NCBI GenBank assembly: GCA_963666515.2
Contig: OY762897.2
Coordinates: forward strand, 160,001 to 224,000
Reading direction: 5' to 3'
DNA: 64,000 nucleotides
From: Candidatus Binatia bacterium
GTDB lineage: Bacteria; Desulfobacterota; Binatia; UBA9968; JAJDTQ01
The position numbers and the translations under genes were made by a program. Each line of letters starts with the position of its first letter. Positions within the stretch are counted from its first letter, which is position 1. The notes beneath the pieces were generated by a model. That model was not told where the DNA came from and did not search any database. It worked only from the letters and a program-made list of their open reading frames with translations. Shown here piece after piece: positions 18,655-28,869 of this stretch.

Positions 18655-19132
18655 TGTCGGCCGGGGGCTGAACCTGTTCATGGCGGGGCTGTTCGTTGCC
18701 GCCATCCTTTCCGCCACCGAGTGGCCGGTGCACAGCCGCGCGTTCGTGATGGCCATCGCGTTCCCAGGGCTGCTCCTGACGGTGGTGCTGTTTGTCCGCC
18801 AGCGCTGGTGGCCAGGTACGGAAGCGACGGCGGCCTCTCCGGGCCTTGGCGACACGCCGTTGGATGCCGACCTGCCCCCCGCCCTGGCGCGCCGGCGCAT
18901 GGTGAACGTCTTCGGGTGGATTTTCGCCTTGTTCGGGCTGATCTGGCTTGCGGGCTTCGAGATCGCGGTGCCGCTCTTCACCTTCGGCTACCTGAGGTTT
19001 CAGGCGCGGGAAAGCCTCGTCGTGTCGGGATTGGCCGCGGTGGTCATGGTTGCGTTGATCGTCGGGGTCTTCAACTGGATCCTGCACGTGCTCTGGCCGC
19101 AGGGAATGCTGCAAGGCTGGCTCGGGCTGTGA
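18644..19132 (+). CDS. tctB: TTT small permease
   Basis: About 4 TM segments; follows tctA; ends VF...L...WPQG. Confidence 0.8.
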   Translation: MKPSVGRGLNLFMAGLFVAAILSATEWPVHSRAFVMAIAFPGLLLTVVLFVRQRWWPGTEATAASPGLGDTPLDADLPPALARRRMVNVFGWIFALFGLIWLAGFEIAVPLFTFGYLRFQARESLVVSGLAAVVMVALIVGVFNWILHVLWPQGMLQGWLGL

Positions 19133-19178
19133 GGCGCGGTTCCGCACCCGCCGCTGACCGATGGATGGCCGCTCTTGA

Positions 19179-22067
19179 TTATTCCCGCGGCGGGAACTCG
19201 AAGGTGACCTTGCCGGCGTCGTCGGTCGTGAGCCAGGCGGCGAAGGACCGGCCGGACTTGGACGAGACGAAGTTCGGCAGGAGATCGGTCTTGCCCTCGG
19301 CCAGGAGTTTGGCCATCTGGGCGCGCTCCAGGGGCTGCTCCAGGATCACCTTGCCGGCCTTGAAGCGGCACGGTTTCTTCTCCGCCTGGAACTTCTCGCA
19401 CACGTACTGCGAGTTCCACTCGAATACCCGGCCGCCGCAACGGGGGCACTGGCCCAGGGGCTCCTGGCCCGAGAAGTCCGCCTTGACCGCGGCTGGCTTG
19501 TCGCGGGCGGCCGCGGCGTTCTTCCTCGCGGGCCGCGGCTCGAACTCGAACCCGACTTTGCCTTCCTGCATCACCAGGAAGGCCTTGAACGAACGGCCGG
19601 TACGCGACGACACGAAGCCCGGCAACAGGTCGGTCTTGCCTTCCGCGAGCAGTTTCACCATCTGCTCCCGCGCCACTTCCTGCCGCAGGATGATCCTGCC
19701 GGAGCTGAACTCGCACATCCGTGCGTCGCCCACGGCGTTCTCGCAGACGTAGCGCATGGGCAGCTCGAACACGCGCCCGGCGCACCGGGGGCACTGCCCC
19801 AGCGGTTCCTGGCCGTCGAAGTTAGCGGCCGGCTCGGCTTCGCCGTCGCCGTTCCGGGGCTCGTTGCCGAAGTCGAAGGCGATCCGGTATTCCGGGGACA
19901 GCTTCAGCACCGCGGCGAACGGCCGTCCCTGGCGGCTGCGGAATCCCTGCAACGGACCGAGTTGGCCGTCTTCTATTAGCTTCTCGATCTCCTCCGCGCT
20001 CAGCAGGCGTCCGGCGAGGATCTTGGGCAGGCTCACGTCGCAGTTCACGCACTGGTAGTTACGGTAGCGTTCATGCACCTCGCCCCCGCACTTGGGGCAC
20101 GGCGCGGAGAGGGAGCCGAAGTCGCCGGGAATGGTGTCGTGCTCGTACTGCCGCGCCCGGTCCACGATTTGCCGGGTCATCTCGGCGATCTCGCCCATGA
20201 ACTCGTCGCGGCTCTTCCGGCCGCCCTGCATCTGGAAGAGCTGGTACTCCCAGTTGCCGGTAAGCTCGGGCCTGGTCAGTTCCCGGACGCCCAGGCCGTT
20301 CAGCAGCTCCATGAGCATGAACGCCTTGGAAGTGGCGTGAAGCTCCTTGCCGTCGCGGATGAGATAGTCCTCGTCCAGGAGCCCCTCGATGATGGACGCC
20401 CGGGTGGCGGAGGTGCCGAGCCCCTTGCCAGCCATGGCCGCCCGCAGGTCCTCGTCGGTGACGAGCTTGCCGGCGCCTTCCATGGCGCCCAGGAGCGTGG
20501 CCTCGGTGAACCGCGCCGGCGGCCGGGTCTCGTTCTGCTTGACCTCGACGCCGAGGGTCTCGACCGCTACGCCGCCGTCGTCGACCCGCGCGCCGCGGTC
20601 GCCGGCCGTCGCCGCTGCGTCTCCGCCCGCGCCGGTCCCCGGGGCCGCCGCCGTGTCTTCGGCCGCCCGGGTTCGTAGCGGCGCCAGCGTCTCGTCGCCC
20701 TGCTTGTCCCGGCCGTGGACCTCCAGCCAGCCCGCCTTGACCAGGACCTTGCCGGTGGTCTTGAAGGGCTCGTCTTCCACCCGGGTGATGCGGGTGGTCT
20801 CCAGGAATTCGGCCGGCGGGTAGAAAATCGCCAGGAAGCGCCGGGCCACCAGGTCGTAGATCTTCTGCTCGATCTCGCTCAGCCGCCTGGGCGCCTCGGT
20901 GGTGGGGATGATTGCGAAGTGGTCCGACACCTTGGCGTCGTTGAATATCCGCTTGTTGGGCGTGACCCAGCCGTTCTCCAGGATGGCGCCGGCGAACCGT
21001 GCGTAGTCCGTGCCCGTGAGCATCCGCATCGAGTCCTTGACCGTGTTCACGTAGTCTTCCGGCAGCGCCCGCGAATCCGTGCGGGGGTAGGTGAGGACCT
21101 TGTGGCGCTCGTACAGCGCCTGGGCGATCTGCACGGTGCGGTTGGCGCTCAGCCCGAAGCGGGCGTTGGCCTCCCGCTGAAGGCTCGTGAGGTCGAACAG
21201 CGGCGGCGGCGCCTGCCGGGTGGGCTTGCTCTCCTCCGTGGCGCTACCGGGCTTGCCCAGGCATTTCTCGCGGATGGCCTGGGCCGCGGCCTGCTCCCAG
21301 ATGCGTTCGGCGCGGGCGTGGGGTTCGCTGTCCTTCTTCTTGAACCCCTCGTCGAACCAGCGCCCCTCGTACTCGCCGCCCTCGGCCGCGAACCTGGCCG
21401 TCACCTCCCAGTAGGGCTCGGGCTTGAAGTCCCGGATGGCCGCCTCGCGCTCCGCCACGATGGCCAGGGTGGGCGTCTGCACCCGGCCCACGGTGGTCTT
21501 GTAGAAGCCGCCGGGCTTGGAGTTGAACGCGGTCATGGCGCGGGTGCCGTTGATGCCCACCAGCCAGTCGGCCTCGGAGCGGCTCAGCGCGGCGTCCGCC
21601 AGCGGCTGCATCTCGTCGTCCTCGCGGAGCCTCACGAAGCCGTCGCGGATGGCGTCGGGGGTCATGGACTGGAGCCACAGCCGCTTGATGGGCTGCTTGG
21701 CCTTGGCGTGGCGCACGATGTTGCGGAAGATCAGCTCGCCCTCCCGCCCGGCGTCGCAGGCGTTCACCAGCGCGTCCACGTCCTTGCGCTTGATCAGCTT
21801 GACCAGCGCCTTGAGCCGGGTGGCGGTCTTCTGGATGGGCTTGAGGTCGAAGTAGGGCGGTATCACCGGCAGGTTGGCGAAGCTCCACTTGCCGCGCTTG
21901 GCCTCCACTCCCTCCGGCGGGGTCTGCTCCAGCAGGTGCCCCACCGCGGACGACAGCACGTACTCGTCGCTCTCGTAGTAGTCCTGGTGCCGCTTGAAGC
22001 CGCCCAGGGCCCTGGCCACGTCCGCAGCCACGGACGGCTTCTCCGCGATGATCAGCGCCTTACCCAT
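19179..22067 (-). CDS. topB: DNA topoisomerase III
   Basis: IIAEKPS, CDAGREGE, GRVQTPT, TYPRTDS (catalytic Tyr), DHFAIIPT; C-terminal zinc-ribbon/Toprim_Crpt repeats. Confidence 0.95.
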   Translation of the reverse strand: MGKALIIAEKPSVAADVARALGGFKRHQDYYESDEYVLSSAVGHLLEQTPPEGVEAKRGKWSFANLPVIPPYFDLKPIQKTATRLKALVKLIKRKDVDALVNACDAGREGELIFRNIVRHAKAKQPIKRLWLQSMTPDAIRDGFVRLREDDEMQPLADAALSRSEADWLVGINGTRAMTAFNSKPGGFYKTTVGRVQTPTLAIVAEREAAIRDFKPEPYWEVTARFAAEGGEYEGRWFDEGFKKKDSEPHARAERIWEQAAAQAIREKCLGKPGSATEESKPTRQAPPPLFDLTSLQREANARFGLSANRTVQIAQALYERHKVLTYPRTDSRALPEDYVNTVKDSMRMLTGTDYARFAGAILENGWVTPNKRIFNDAKVSDHFAIIPTTEAPRRLSEIEQKIYDLVARRFLAIFYPPAEFLETTRITRVEDEPFKTTGKVLVKAGWLEVHGRDKQGDETLAPLRTRAAEDTAAAPGTGAGGDAAATAGDRGARVDDGGVAVETLGVEVKQNETRPPARFTEATLLGAMEGAGKLVTDEDLRAAMAGKGLGTSATRASIIEGLLDEDYLIRDGKELHATSKAFMLMELLNGLGVRELTRPELTGNWEYQLFQMQGGRKSRDEFMGEIAEMTRQIVDRARQYEHDTIPGDFGSLSAPCPKCGGEVHERYRNYQCVNCDVSLPKILAGRLLSAEEIEKLIEDGQLGPLQGFRSRQGRPFAAVLKLSPEYRIAFDFGNEPRNGDGEAEPAANFDGQEPLGQCPRCAGRVFELPMRYVCENAVGDARMCEFSSGRIILRQEVAREQMVKLLAEGKTDLLPGFVSSRTGRSFKAFLVMQEGKVGFEFEPRPARKNAAAARDKPAAVKADFSGQEPLGQCPRCGGRVFEWNSQYVCEKFQAEKKPCRFKAGKVILEQPLERAQMAKLLAEGKTDLLPNFVSSKSGRSFAAWLTTDDAGKVTFEFPPRE

Positions 22068-22292
22068 TGTTGATGTCTCGACCCGGAGGAACCCCGCAAG
22101 GCCATGGCCTCAGTTCCTTCCGAGCGTGCAGCGTGAGCGTTTGAACAGTGCATATGTCCAAATTGAGGATACCTGTCAAGACGGCGGGGGCAAGCCGTTA
22201 GCGGTGAGGGATGAATACGTGTAATAAGTTGACCGTTGTCTCACGCCTTACCGGAAGGCTGATTCCCCGCCCCTTCAAGGAGGATCGAACCC

Positions 22293-23120
22293 ATGCCCAA
22301 CGTGAAGCTTGCCACCGGCGTCGACCTTTATTACGAGACCCACGGACAGGGCGAGGCCCTGGTCTTCGTGCCCTCCACCGCCTATTCGGGCGAGGTCTGG
22401 AAGCCCTCGCAGATGCCGCTGGCCGACGATTTGAACCTCATCTTTCATGACCCCCGCGGTTGCGGGCGCTCGGTGGCCCAGCAGAGCGTCTACACCATCG
22501 AGCTGATGGCCATGGACATCGTGGCGCTGATGGACCACATCGGCTGCCCGTCGGCCCACTTCATCGGCCACTCCATGGGCGGGCGCATCGCGCTGTCGCT
22601 GGCGCAGAACTTCCCCGGCCGGATCAAGAGCCTGATCATGGCGGCCGCGGGATCGGGCACCGCGGGCCGGGCCGGGCCGGACTGCGTTCCGGGCCTGCCG
22701 CACCAGCTCGTCTACGAACTGGTGGAGATGGGCTTCGAGAAGTTCGTGCGCGAAGAGATCGTCGACTCCGACACCTTCTTCACCGCGGACTACCGGGCCA
22801 GTCACCGCGCCGAGGTGGAGGAATTCTTCAAGCTGGCTTGGGAGACCCACGCCAAGCTGCCGGAGTTCGTCCACCTGGTCATGGCGCGCCACAGCTTCGA
22901 GGGCACCCACCGTCTCCAGGACGTCAAGTGTCCGACCATGGTGCTGATCGGCGACGGCGACACCGTGGGCAGCAACCACGTGGCCCAGGCCCAAGTGCTG
23001 GCCGACCGCATCCCCGGCGCCGAGTTGAAGGTGCTGGAAGGGCAGACCCACGGGTTCTTCTGGCAGGACCCGGACCTCACCAACGACGTGATCCTGTCCT
23101 GGGTGAAGCGCCACGCCTGA
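22293..23120 (+). CDS. alpha/beta fold hydrolase (paralogue of 14557-15357)
   Basis: DPRGCG, GHSMGGR, GDGD, THGFF; RBS AAGGAGG. Confidence 0.88.
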   Translation: MPNVKLATGVDLYYETHGQGEALVFVPSTAYSGEVWKPSQMPLADDLNLIFHDPRGCGRSVAQQSVYTIELMAMDIVALMDHIGCPSAHFIGHSMGGRIALSLAQNFPGRIKSLIMAAAGSGTAGRAGPDCVPGLPHQLVYELVEMGFEKFVREEIVDSDTFFTADYRASHRAEVEEFFKLAWETHAKLPEFVHLVMARHSFEGTHRLQDVKCPTMVLIGDGDTVGSNHVAQAQVLADRIPGAELKVLEGQTHGFFWQDPDLTNDVILSWVKRHA

Positions 23121-23177
23121 CGGCGCCGCGGGCCGCAAGCCGCCGGTAACGACTCCACCCCGGAACACCGAACCTTC

Positions 23178-24446
23178 ATGCCGGATCAGGCTAGGCCGAG
23201 TTTCTGGACGCGCACGTTCATCCTGCTGAGCGCGTCGCAGTTCCTGGCCTACGGGCATCACGCCGTCCTTACGCCCACCCTGCCCCTCTACCTGGACCAC
23301 CTGGGCAGCACGCCCTTCATGGTGGGGCTGCTGCTGGCCTGTTTCAGCGCCACCAGCGTGGTGATCCGGCCGCTGGTGGGCACCTGGGTGGACTCCGGGG
23401 GAGAAATCCGGATCCTCACCCTGAGCTGCATCGGCCTGTGCCTGACCGTGCTGATCTTCGTCGTCCCCAACGTCGAAGGCGCCTTCACGGCCAACATCCT
23501 GCGGGGGTTCTGTTGGGCCGGAATCAACACCAGCGGCTACGCGTTCCTGGCCGCGGTGGTGCCCGACGACCGGCGCGGCGAAGCCAGCGGCTACTACTCC
23601 GGCATCCAGAGCAGCGCCTCCCTGTTCTTTCCCCCGGCGGCGCTGTGGATCATAGGTCTTCCAGCCGGTGGCTACGTCGCGGTGTTCGCGCTGTCGAGCG
23701 CGGTGGCGCTCCTGGCCGCGGTCCTCGCCCAGGTATGCGGCAGGGGGGTCAGGCGGGCGCCCTCGTCCCTCTCCCCGCCGACGGTTCCGACTCCGCCGCC
23801 CGTCCCGAGCCCGCCTCCGCCCCGGGGCGGGACGCTGCGCGGCCGCTTCCGCGACAATTTGCGGACCTACTCCCGCACCTACTTCGACCGGGGAATTCTG
23901 TTCACGGCCCTGCTGCTCTTCTGCATGAACCTGCCGTGGTCGGGCCTCAACTCCTTCATCGTCCTCTACGCCCGGGAGGTGGGCATCGAGAGCCTCGGCT
24001 GGTATTTCGCGGCCATCGGACTGGCCAGCGTCGTGGGCCGGCCGCTTCTCGGCCGTGTATCTGACCGGATCGGCCGGGCGCCGGCGGTGGCGGCGTCGTA
24101 CGTGCTGGAGATCGCCGGCATCGCGCTGGTGTTGCTGGCCTCCGACATCACTCTGATGATGGTCGCCGGAGCGTTGTATTTCTTCGGCTATGCGCTGGGC
24201 GTCTCGACCACGCTGGCGCTGGCCATCGAGCGCGGCGACCCCAGGCGCCGGGGCGTCACCATGGCGACCTTCTCCATCGCTTTCCCGCTGGGTTCGGGGT
24301 TGGGATCGGCGCTCTCGGGCGGTGTCATCGCGCTGGCCGGCTATCGCGGCATGTACGTGAGCCTGATCGGCGTGCTGGCGACGGGGCTGCTGCTATCGCT
24401 GTTCAACCGGGCGGGCCTGACCACGCCGGTGCGCGGAGCGGCATGA
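23178..24446 (+). CDS. MFS transporter
   Basis: About 12 TM segments; GRVSDRIGR motif A; PDDRRGEA. Confidence 0.88.
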   Translation: MPDQARPSFWTRTFILLSASQFLAYGHHAVLTPTLPLYLDHLGSTPFMVGLLLACFSATSVVIRPLVGTWVDSGGEIRILTLSCIGLCLTVLIFVVPNVEGAFTANILRGFCWAGINTSGYAFLAAVVPDDRRGEASGYYSGIQSSASLFFPPAALWIIGLPAGGYVAVFALSSAVALLAAVLAQVCGRGVRRAPSSLSPPTVPTPPPVPSPPPPRGGTLRGRFRDNLRTYSRTYFDRGILFTALLLFCMNLPWSGLNSFIVLYAREVGIESLGWYFAAIGLASVVGRPLLGRVSDRIGRAPAVAASYVLEIAGIALVLLASDITLMMVAGALYFFGYALGVSTTLALAIERGDPRRRGVTMATFSIAFPLGSGLGSALSGGVIALAGYRGMYVSLIGVLATGLLLSLFNRAGLTTPVRGAA

Positions 24447-24544
24447 GCGGAAGGCTTTTTTCATGGGGCGGGGGGTTGTGTTAGCCTGTCGGCTGGTTTA
24501 AGACGGCTATCTTTATGCAAACCAATCAGACGAAGGAGGTATTC

Positions 24545-25645
24545 ATGTTTGCAGAGGCGTTAAAGAGAAAGAGCGCGTCGCTTCGACTCTTCGGCGGACT
24601 GTTCGCCGGGGTGCTGGCGGTGTCGCTGCTGGTTCCCTCCGGCGCGTGGGCGCAGCGCTCCGACGCGGAGTTGAAGAAGCTCTTCGAGTCCAAGCCGGTG
24701 AACATCATCGTCGGCTCGGCGCCGGGCGGCGGCTACGACACGTTCTCCCGGCTGGTGGCCCGTTTCGTGGGCAAGTTTCTGCCGGGCAACCCGTCCTTCA
24801 TCGTCCGCAACGTTCCCGGAGCCGGTCAGCTTCGCGGCCTGCGCCGGGCCATGAAGGCCAAGCCCGACGGCATGACTCTGGGACTGCTTCACCCCCGGTT
24901 CGTCCAGCGCGAGCTGGCGGGCAAGGACGTGCCGGACTTCGACCTCAAGACCGTACGCGTGCTGGGAAGCCCCAGCGCGGGCGAGGTGCCGCGCATCTGG
25001 TGCGTTCGCCGCAGCATCGGCACCACCTACGCGGACCTGGTGAAGCGCGGCAAGCCCGTGACCAACGGCGGCAACGCTCCGGGCGCGGCCTTCGGCATCG
25101 GCCCCCAGTTCGTGCAGGAGATGGGCGGCCCGGTCAAGATGGTCTACGGCTACGGCGGCACCTCCGAGATCATGGCGGCCTTCGACCGGGACGAGGTGGA
25201 AGGCGTCGACCGTTGCGTGGAGGAGAACGTGCCCCGGCTGTTCCCGAAGTGGATCACCGACAAGAAGGTGGCGCCCATCTTCTGGTGGGAGAAGGAGCCC
25301 TCCAAGGACTGGATCGGCAAGCTCGGAGCCACCAAGGTGCCGCACCTGTTCGACGTGGTGAAGTCCACCGAGGAGCAGCAGAACGCCTTTCTCGTGGCTC
25401 AGAGGTTCAATACGTTCAGCCGGATTTACGTGCTTCAGCCCAAGGTGCCGGATGACATGTACAACGCGTGGAAGAAGGCTTTCGAGGCGACCACCAAGGA
25501 CGCCGGCTTCCTGAAGGCCGCGGGGGTGGCGGGCTACGAGGTCGCGCTCGGCACCGCGGAAGACTTCAACGATGGGCTCAAGCGCTACCAGTCGCTCACG
25601 CCGGACGGTGAGAAGCTCCTGAAGAGGCTGATGGGCATCAAATAG
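24545..25645 (+). CDS. tctC: TTT (Bug/TctC) solute-binding protein
   Basis: IIVGSAPGGGYD, VRNVPGAG, KPDG; RBS AAGGAGGT. Confidence 0.85.
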   Translation: MFAEALKRKSASLRLFGGLFAGVLAVSLLVPSGAWAQRSDAELKKLFESKPVNIIVGSAPGGGYDTFSRLVARFVGKFLPGNPSFIVRNVPGAGQLRGLRRAMKAKPDGMTLGLLHPRFVQRELAGKDVPDFDLKTVRVLGSPSAGEVPRIWCVRRSIGTTYADLVKRGKPVTNGGNAPGAAFGIGPQFVQEMGGPVKMVYGYGGTSEIMAAFDRDEVEGVDRCVEENVPRLFPKWITDKKVAPIFWWEKEPSKDWIGKLGATKVPHLFDVVKSTEEQQNAFLVAQRFNTFSRIYVLQPKVPDDMYNAWKKAFEATTKDAGFLKAAGVAGYEVALGTAEDFNDGLKRYQSLTPDGEKLLKRLMGIK

Positions 25646-25646
25646 G

Positions 25647-25673
25647 GTAGGGGCGACCGCCGGTCGCCCCTAC
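25647..25673. repeat. GTAG-tagged REP-like palindrome
   Basis: GTAGGGGCGACCG-C-CGGTCGCCCCTAC, perfect 13-bp arms. Confidence 0.65.
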
Positions 25674-25712
25674 GGGAGCCCGCCGTGGGTAGGCTCCCAA
25701 GGGTTCTAACGG

Positions 25713-25753
25713 GAAACGGCCATCCGTCATGGACGGATGGCCGTTTCATTTTT
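25713..25753 (+). terminator. intrinsic terminator between convergent genes
   Basis: GAAACGGCCATCCGTC-ATG-GACGGATGGCCGTTTC 16-bp stem followed by ATTTTT. Confidence 0.75.
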
Positions 25754-25755
25754 CC

Positions 25756-26283
25756 TTATCCCCAGAACAGCCTGAGAAACGGCGGGTCGTGCCAGGTGGC
25801 GTTCAGGAACCGGTCGTAGACCCCCACGATCAGCGCCAGGAACAGGAGCCCCAGGATCGCGGACCAGATCCACCCGGCGCGGCCCCAGACCTTTACGTAG
25901 AAGAAAACGCCGAGGGGGATGGCGATGTGGAAACCCACCAGCCAGATGGCGGCGTAAAGGCCCACGATGTAGAGACAGATGCGGGCGAAACGCAAGCGTT
26001 CGCCGCGGGGGTCGGCGCCGGTGCGAAAGCCCAGGTCCATGATCATGTCGGACGAGGTTTCCCGCGTGCTGCGGACCAGCGCGACCAGACGCGCGACCCA
26101 GAAGGGCGTGCCTATCACGATGGCGATACGCGGCATCAGGGCCGAGCCGGTAGGCCAGGAGAAGGACTCGATGAACATGTAGAGGAAGAGGGCGCCGACG
26201 ATAGCCAGCAGGATGATCTCCCCCACCACCTCAAGGGAGAAGCCGCGCCGCGCCGTTCCCGCCGGATCGTTGCCCGGGCTCAT
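25756..26283 (-). CDS. tctB: TTT small permease (alternative start 26301)
   Basis: Multi-TM protein directly downstream of tctA; IMDLG motif. Confidence 0.75.
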   Translation of the reverse strand: MSPGNDPAGTARRGFSLEVVGEIILLAIVGALFLYMFIESFSWPTGSALMPRIAIVIGTPFWVARLVALVRSTRETSSDMIMDLGFRTGADPRGERLRFARICLYIVGLYAAIWLVGFHIAIPLGVFFYVKVWGRAGWIWSAILGLLFLALIVGVYDRFLNATWHDPPFLRLFWG

Positions 26284-26300
26284 ATTCTCGCCTCCGTCCA

Positions 26301-27836
26301 TCAGTCGTCATCCAGGTCAGCTTCCTGCCTTCCGCCCGTGGACTCCTCCGCGGCCCTCTTGGCGCCTTGCTGCATCCGCAGGCTCACCACCATCACTGCG
26401 ATCATGATCACGACGATGGACAGGAACTGCGGGCGCGAGAACATGGACCAGCCGTAGGTGTTGGCCGAAAGCCACAGGTACTTCTCCACGATGTCGGCCA
26501 GCACCACCGCGATGAGGATCGGCGGGCGGGGCCAGCCGTAGCGCTTCATGAACAGGCCCAGCACGCCGAAGGCCAGGACCAGGCCCAGGTCCTCCATGGA
26601 ATAGGTGGCCTGGAACGCGGCCAGGGTCACCAGGCCGATGATGATGGGCGCGAGGATGTTGGGGGAGATGGCAGCGACGCGCGTCAGGTAGGGCGCGAAA
26701 TAGAGCATGATGGGCACGACGATGACGTTGCCCAGCACGATGGTGTAGACCAGGCTGACGGTGAGGTCGAGGTTCTCGGTCAGCATGGCCGGGCCCGGCT
26801 GCACCCCCGAAAGCACCAGGATCGCCAGCAGGATGGCCATGCCGCCGCTGCCCGGTATCCCGAACACCACCGTGGGGATCAGCACGCCCCCGTCCACCGA
26901 GTTGTTGGCCGAGTCGGCCGCGATGACGCCGCGCACGTCGCCCGTGCCGAAGGTCTCCATGGCGCCCTTCTCGGTATGGCGCGCCTGGGCGTAGGCGATC
27001 CAGTGAGCCCCGGAGGAGCCGATGCCCGGCATCATCCCCACGAAGGTGCCGATGAGCGACGAGCGCACCAGCAGCCACTTGTTGTTGAGGGCTTCCTTCA
27101 TGCCCTTGTAGACGTCCTTGTCCGCCTCCTTCAGCATGGTCTCCAGGCGTTCGCGGGCGATGGGGGTGTTGGACACCACCAGGTCCACCACCTCGGGCAG
27201 GGCGAACAGGCCGATGACCACCGGAGCCAGGGGGATGCCGTCCCAGAGGTAGTCGATGCCGAAGGTGGTGCGAACGTTGCCGCCGATGACGGAGAATCCG
27301 ATCATGGAGATGGCGAGCCCGAAGCAGGCCGTCAGCATGCCCTTGACGAAGGCGCCCGAGCTGACGATGGCCACGCACATGAGGCCCAGCAGTGACAACA
27401 GGAAGAATTCGGCGGCGCCGAACAGCCTCAGCAGCTCACGGGAGATGGGCAGGGCCAGCAAGAGCGCCATCGCGCCGATGATGCCGCCCACCAGCGTGCA
27501 CATGTAGCTGGCGCCCAGGGCCACGCCCGCCAGCCCCTTGCGCGCCAGCGGGTAGCCGTCGAGGATGGTCGCCTGGGCCGAGCGGGCGCCGGGAATGCCC
27601 ATGAGGATGGAGGGGACGGGCTCGGTGATGTCGCTGGCCGCCAGGAAGAAGACCACCGCGGTCACGGTGATCCACGGGTCCACGTACCCGGCGAACCCCA
27701 GCAGCACCACGGCGACCGGCAGGTTTCCGCCGGGCATCAGCCCCGACACCAGCGCGATGGGCAGCATCAGCAGGATCACCAGCAGCGGCCCGAGGGAAAA
27801 CAGCTTCTCCGCCGCCTCTATGGACGCTTCCCACAT
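26301..27836 (-). CDS. tctA: TTT large permease
   Basis: IPGA..AQATILDGYPLA, DSANNS, GIPGS, GWPRPP. Confidence 0.9.
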   Translation of the reverse strand: MWEASIEAAEKLFSLGPLLVILLMLPIALVSGLMPGGNLPVAVVLLGFAGYVDPWITVTAVVFFLAASDITEPVPSILMGIPGARSAQATILDGYPLARKGLAGVALGASYMCTLVGGIIGAMALLLALPISRELLRLFGAAEFFLLSLLGLMCVAIVSSGAFVKGMLTACFGLAISMIGFSVIGGNVRTTFGIDYLWDGIPLAPVVIGLFALPEVVDLVVSNTPIARERLETMLKEADKDVYKGMKEALNNKWLLVRSSLIGTFVGMMPGIGSSGAHWIAYAQARHTEKGAMETFGTGDVRGVIAADSANNSVDGGVLIPTVVFGIPGSGGMAILLAILVLSGVQPGPAMLTENLDLTVSLVYTIVLGNVIVVPIMLYFAPYLTRVAAISPNILAPIIIGLVTLAAFQATYSMEDLGLVLAFGVLGLFMKRYGWPRPPILIAVVLADIVEKYLWLSANTYGWSMFSRPQFLSIVVIMIAVMVVSLRMQQGAKRAAEESTGGRQEADLDDD

Positions 27837-27974
27837 TGGTTCCTCATGAGTTCTCGTTCAGGGAGGTCTTGAAATGCCTGGAATGTGAAGTGCTGACTTG
27901 CCATGACCGGCGTGCCGTGTCAACTTCCCGGCGATGCCGGCGATCCATGTTCGCCTGCGTCCGTTGGGAAAGAG

Positions 27975-28844
27975 ATGTCCGCCGAACTGCTCGCGCTCCT
28001 CACCGCCTTGTCCTACGCCACGTCGAACATCTCGGCCCGGTGGGGGATGCGGTATTCGACACCCAATACCGCGACGCTTTTTTCGTTGTCGATTCACGCC
28101 GTCGGGCTGCCCGCGATCGTGTTGATCACCCAGGGGCTCCCGGCCGTTCCCGGCACCGCGCTCTACCTGGTGGCCGCCACCGGCCTGTTGCAGGCGGTGC
28201 TGCGCACCTGCCACTACTTGGCCATTTCCAAGGTGGGCGTGTCCCGGGCCGTCACCCTGCGCAATACGCACCCCATGCTCACGGTGGTGATCGGCGTCAC
28301 GGTGCTGGGGGAGCAGACCAATGCCCTCAATCTCGCGGGCGTGTTGCTGATCGTCGGCGGCACGGCGCTCACCTCATGGAGAATGGACGAGCAGATCCCC
28401 AACTTTCGTCCCTGGTACCTGCTGTTGCCGGTGGCGACCTCGGTCATGACCTCCACCGTGCATCCCATCCGGCGATACGCCATGCTCCTGGCCGACGAGC
28501 CCCTCTTCTTCGCCGCGCTGGTGGGGATCGTCTCCCTGGGCTGCTTCACCACCTATCTGGCGCTGCCGCTGCCGCGGGACCCCATCGTCTGGCACCGCAA
28601 GGCGATGCTCCCCCTCGCCATCTCCGGCGCCTGCGAGACCCTGGCGATCCTGCTCCTGTTCTTCGCCCTGGCGGCGGGCCCGACGGTGGTCGTCTCGCCC
28701 ATGACCGCCACCTCGCCGGTATGGACCGTGCTCCTGGCCAGCATCGTGCTGCGCCGCATCGAGAACACCACCCCGGCCGTGGTCTTCGGCACGGTGCTGG
28801 TGGTGGGCGGCGCCATCTGCGTGACCCTCGGACGGCACTGGTAA
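27975..28844 (+). CDS. DMT/EamA family transporter
   Basis: Two EamA repeats, about 10 TM segments, LGE motif. Confidence 0.85.
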   Translation: MSAELLALLTALSYATSNISARWGMRYSTPNTATLFSLSIHAVGLPAIVLITQGLPAVPGTALYLVAATGLLQAVLRTCHYLAISKVGVSRAVTLRNTHPMLTVVIGVTVLGEQTNALNLAGVLLIVGGTALTSWRMDEQIPNFRPWYLLLPVATSVMTSTVHPIRRYAMLLADEPLFFAALVGIVSLGCFTTYLALPLPRDPIVWHRKAMLPLAISGACETLAILLLFFALAAGPTVVVSPMTATSPVWTVLLASIVLRRIENTTPAVVFGTVLVVGGAICVTLGRHW

Positions 28845-28869
28845 GGGAGGCGGCCTGACGAGACGCCGG

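Noticed and set aside
23750-23830. Pro-rich stretch in the MFS transporter
   Set aside because: Falls in the variable central cytoplasmic loop; low complexity only
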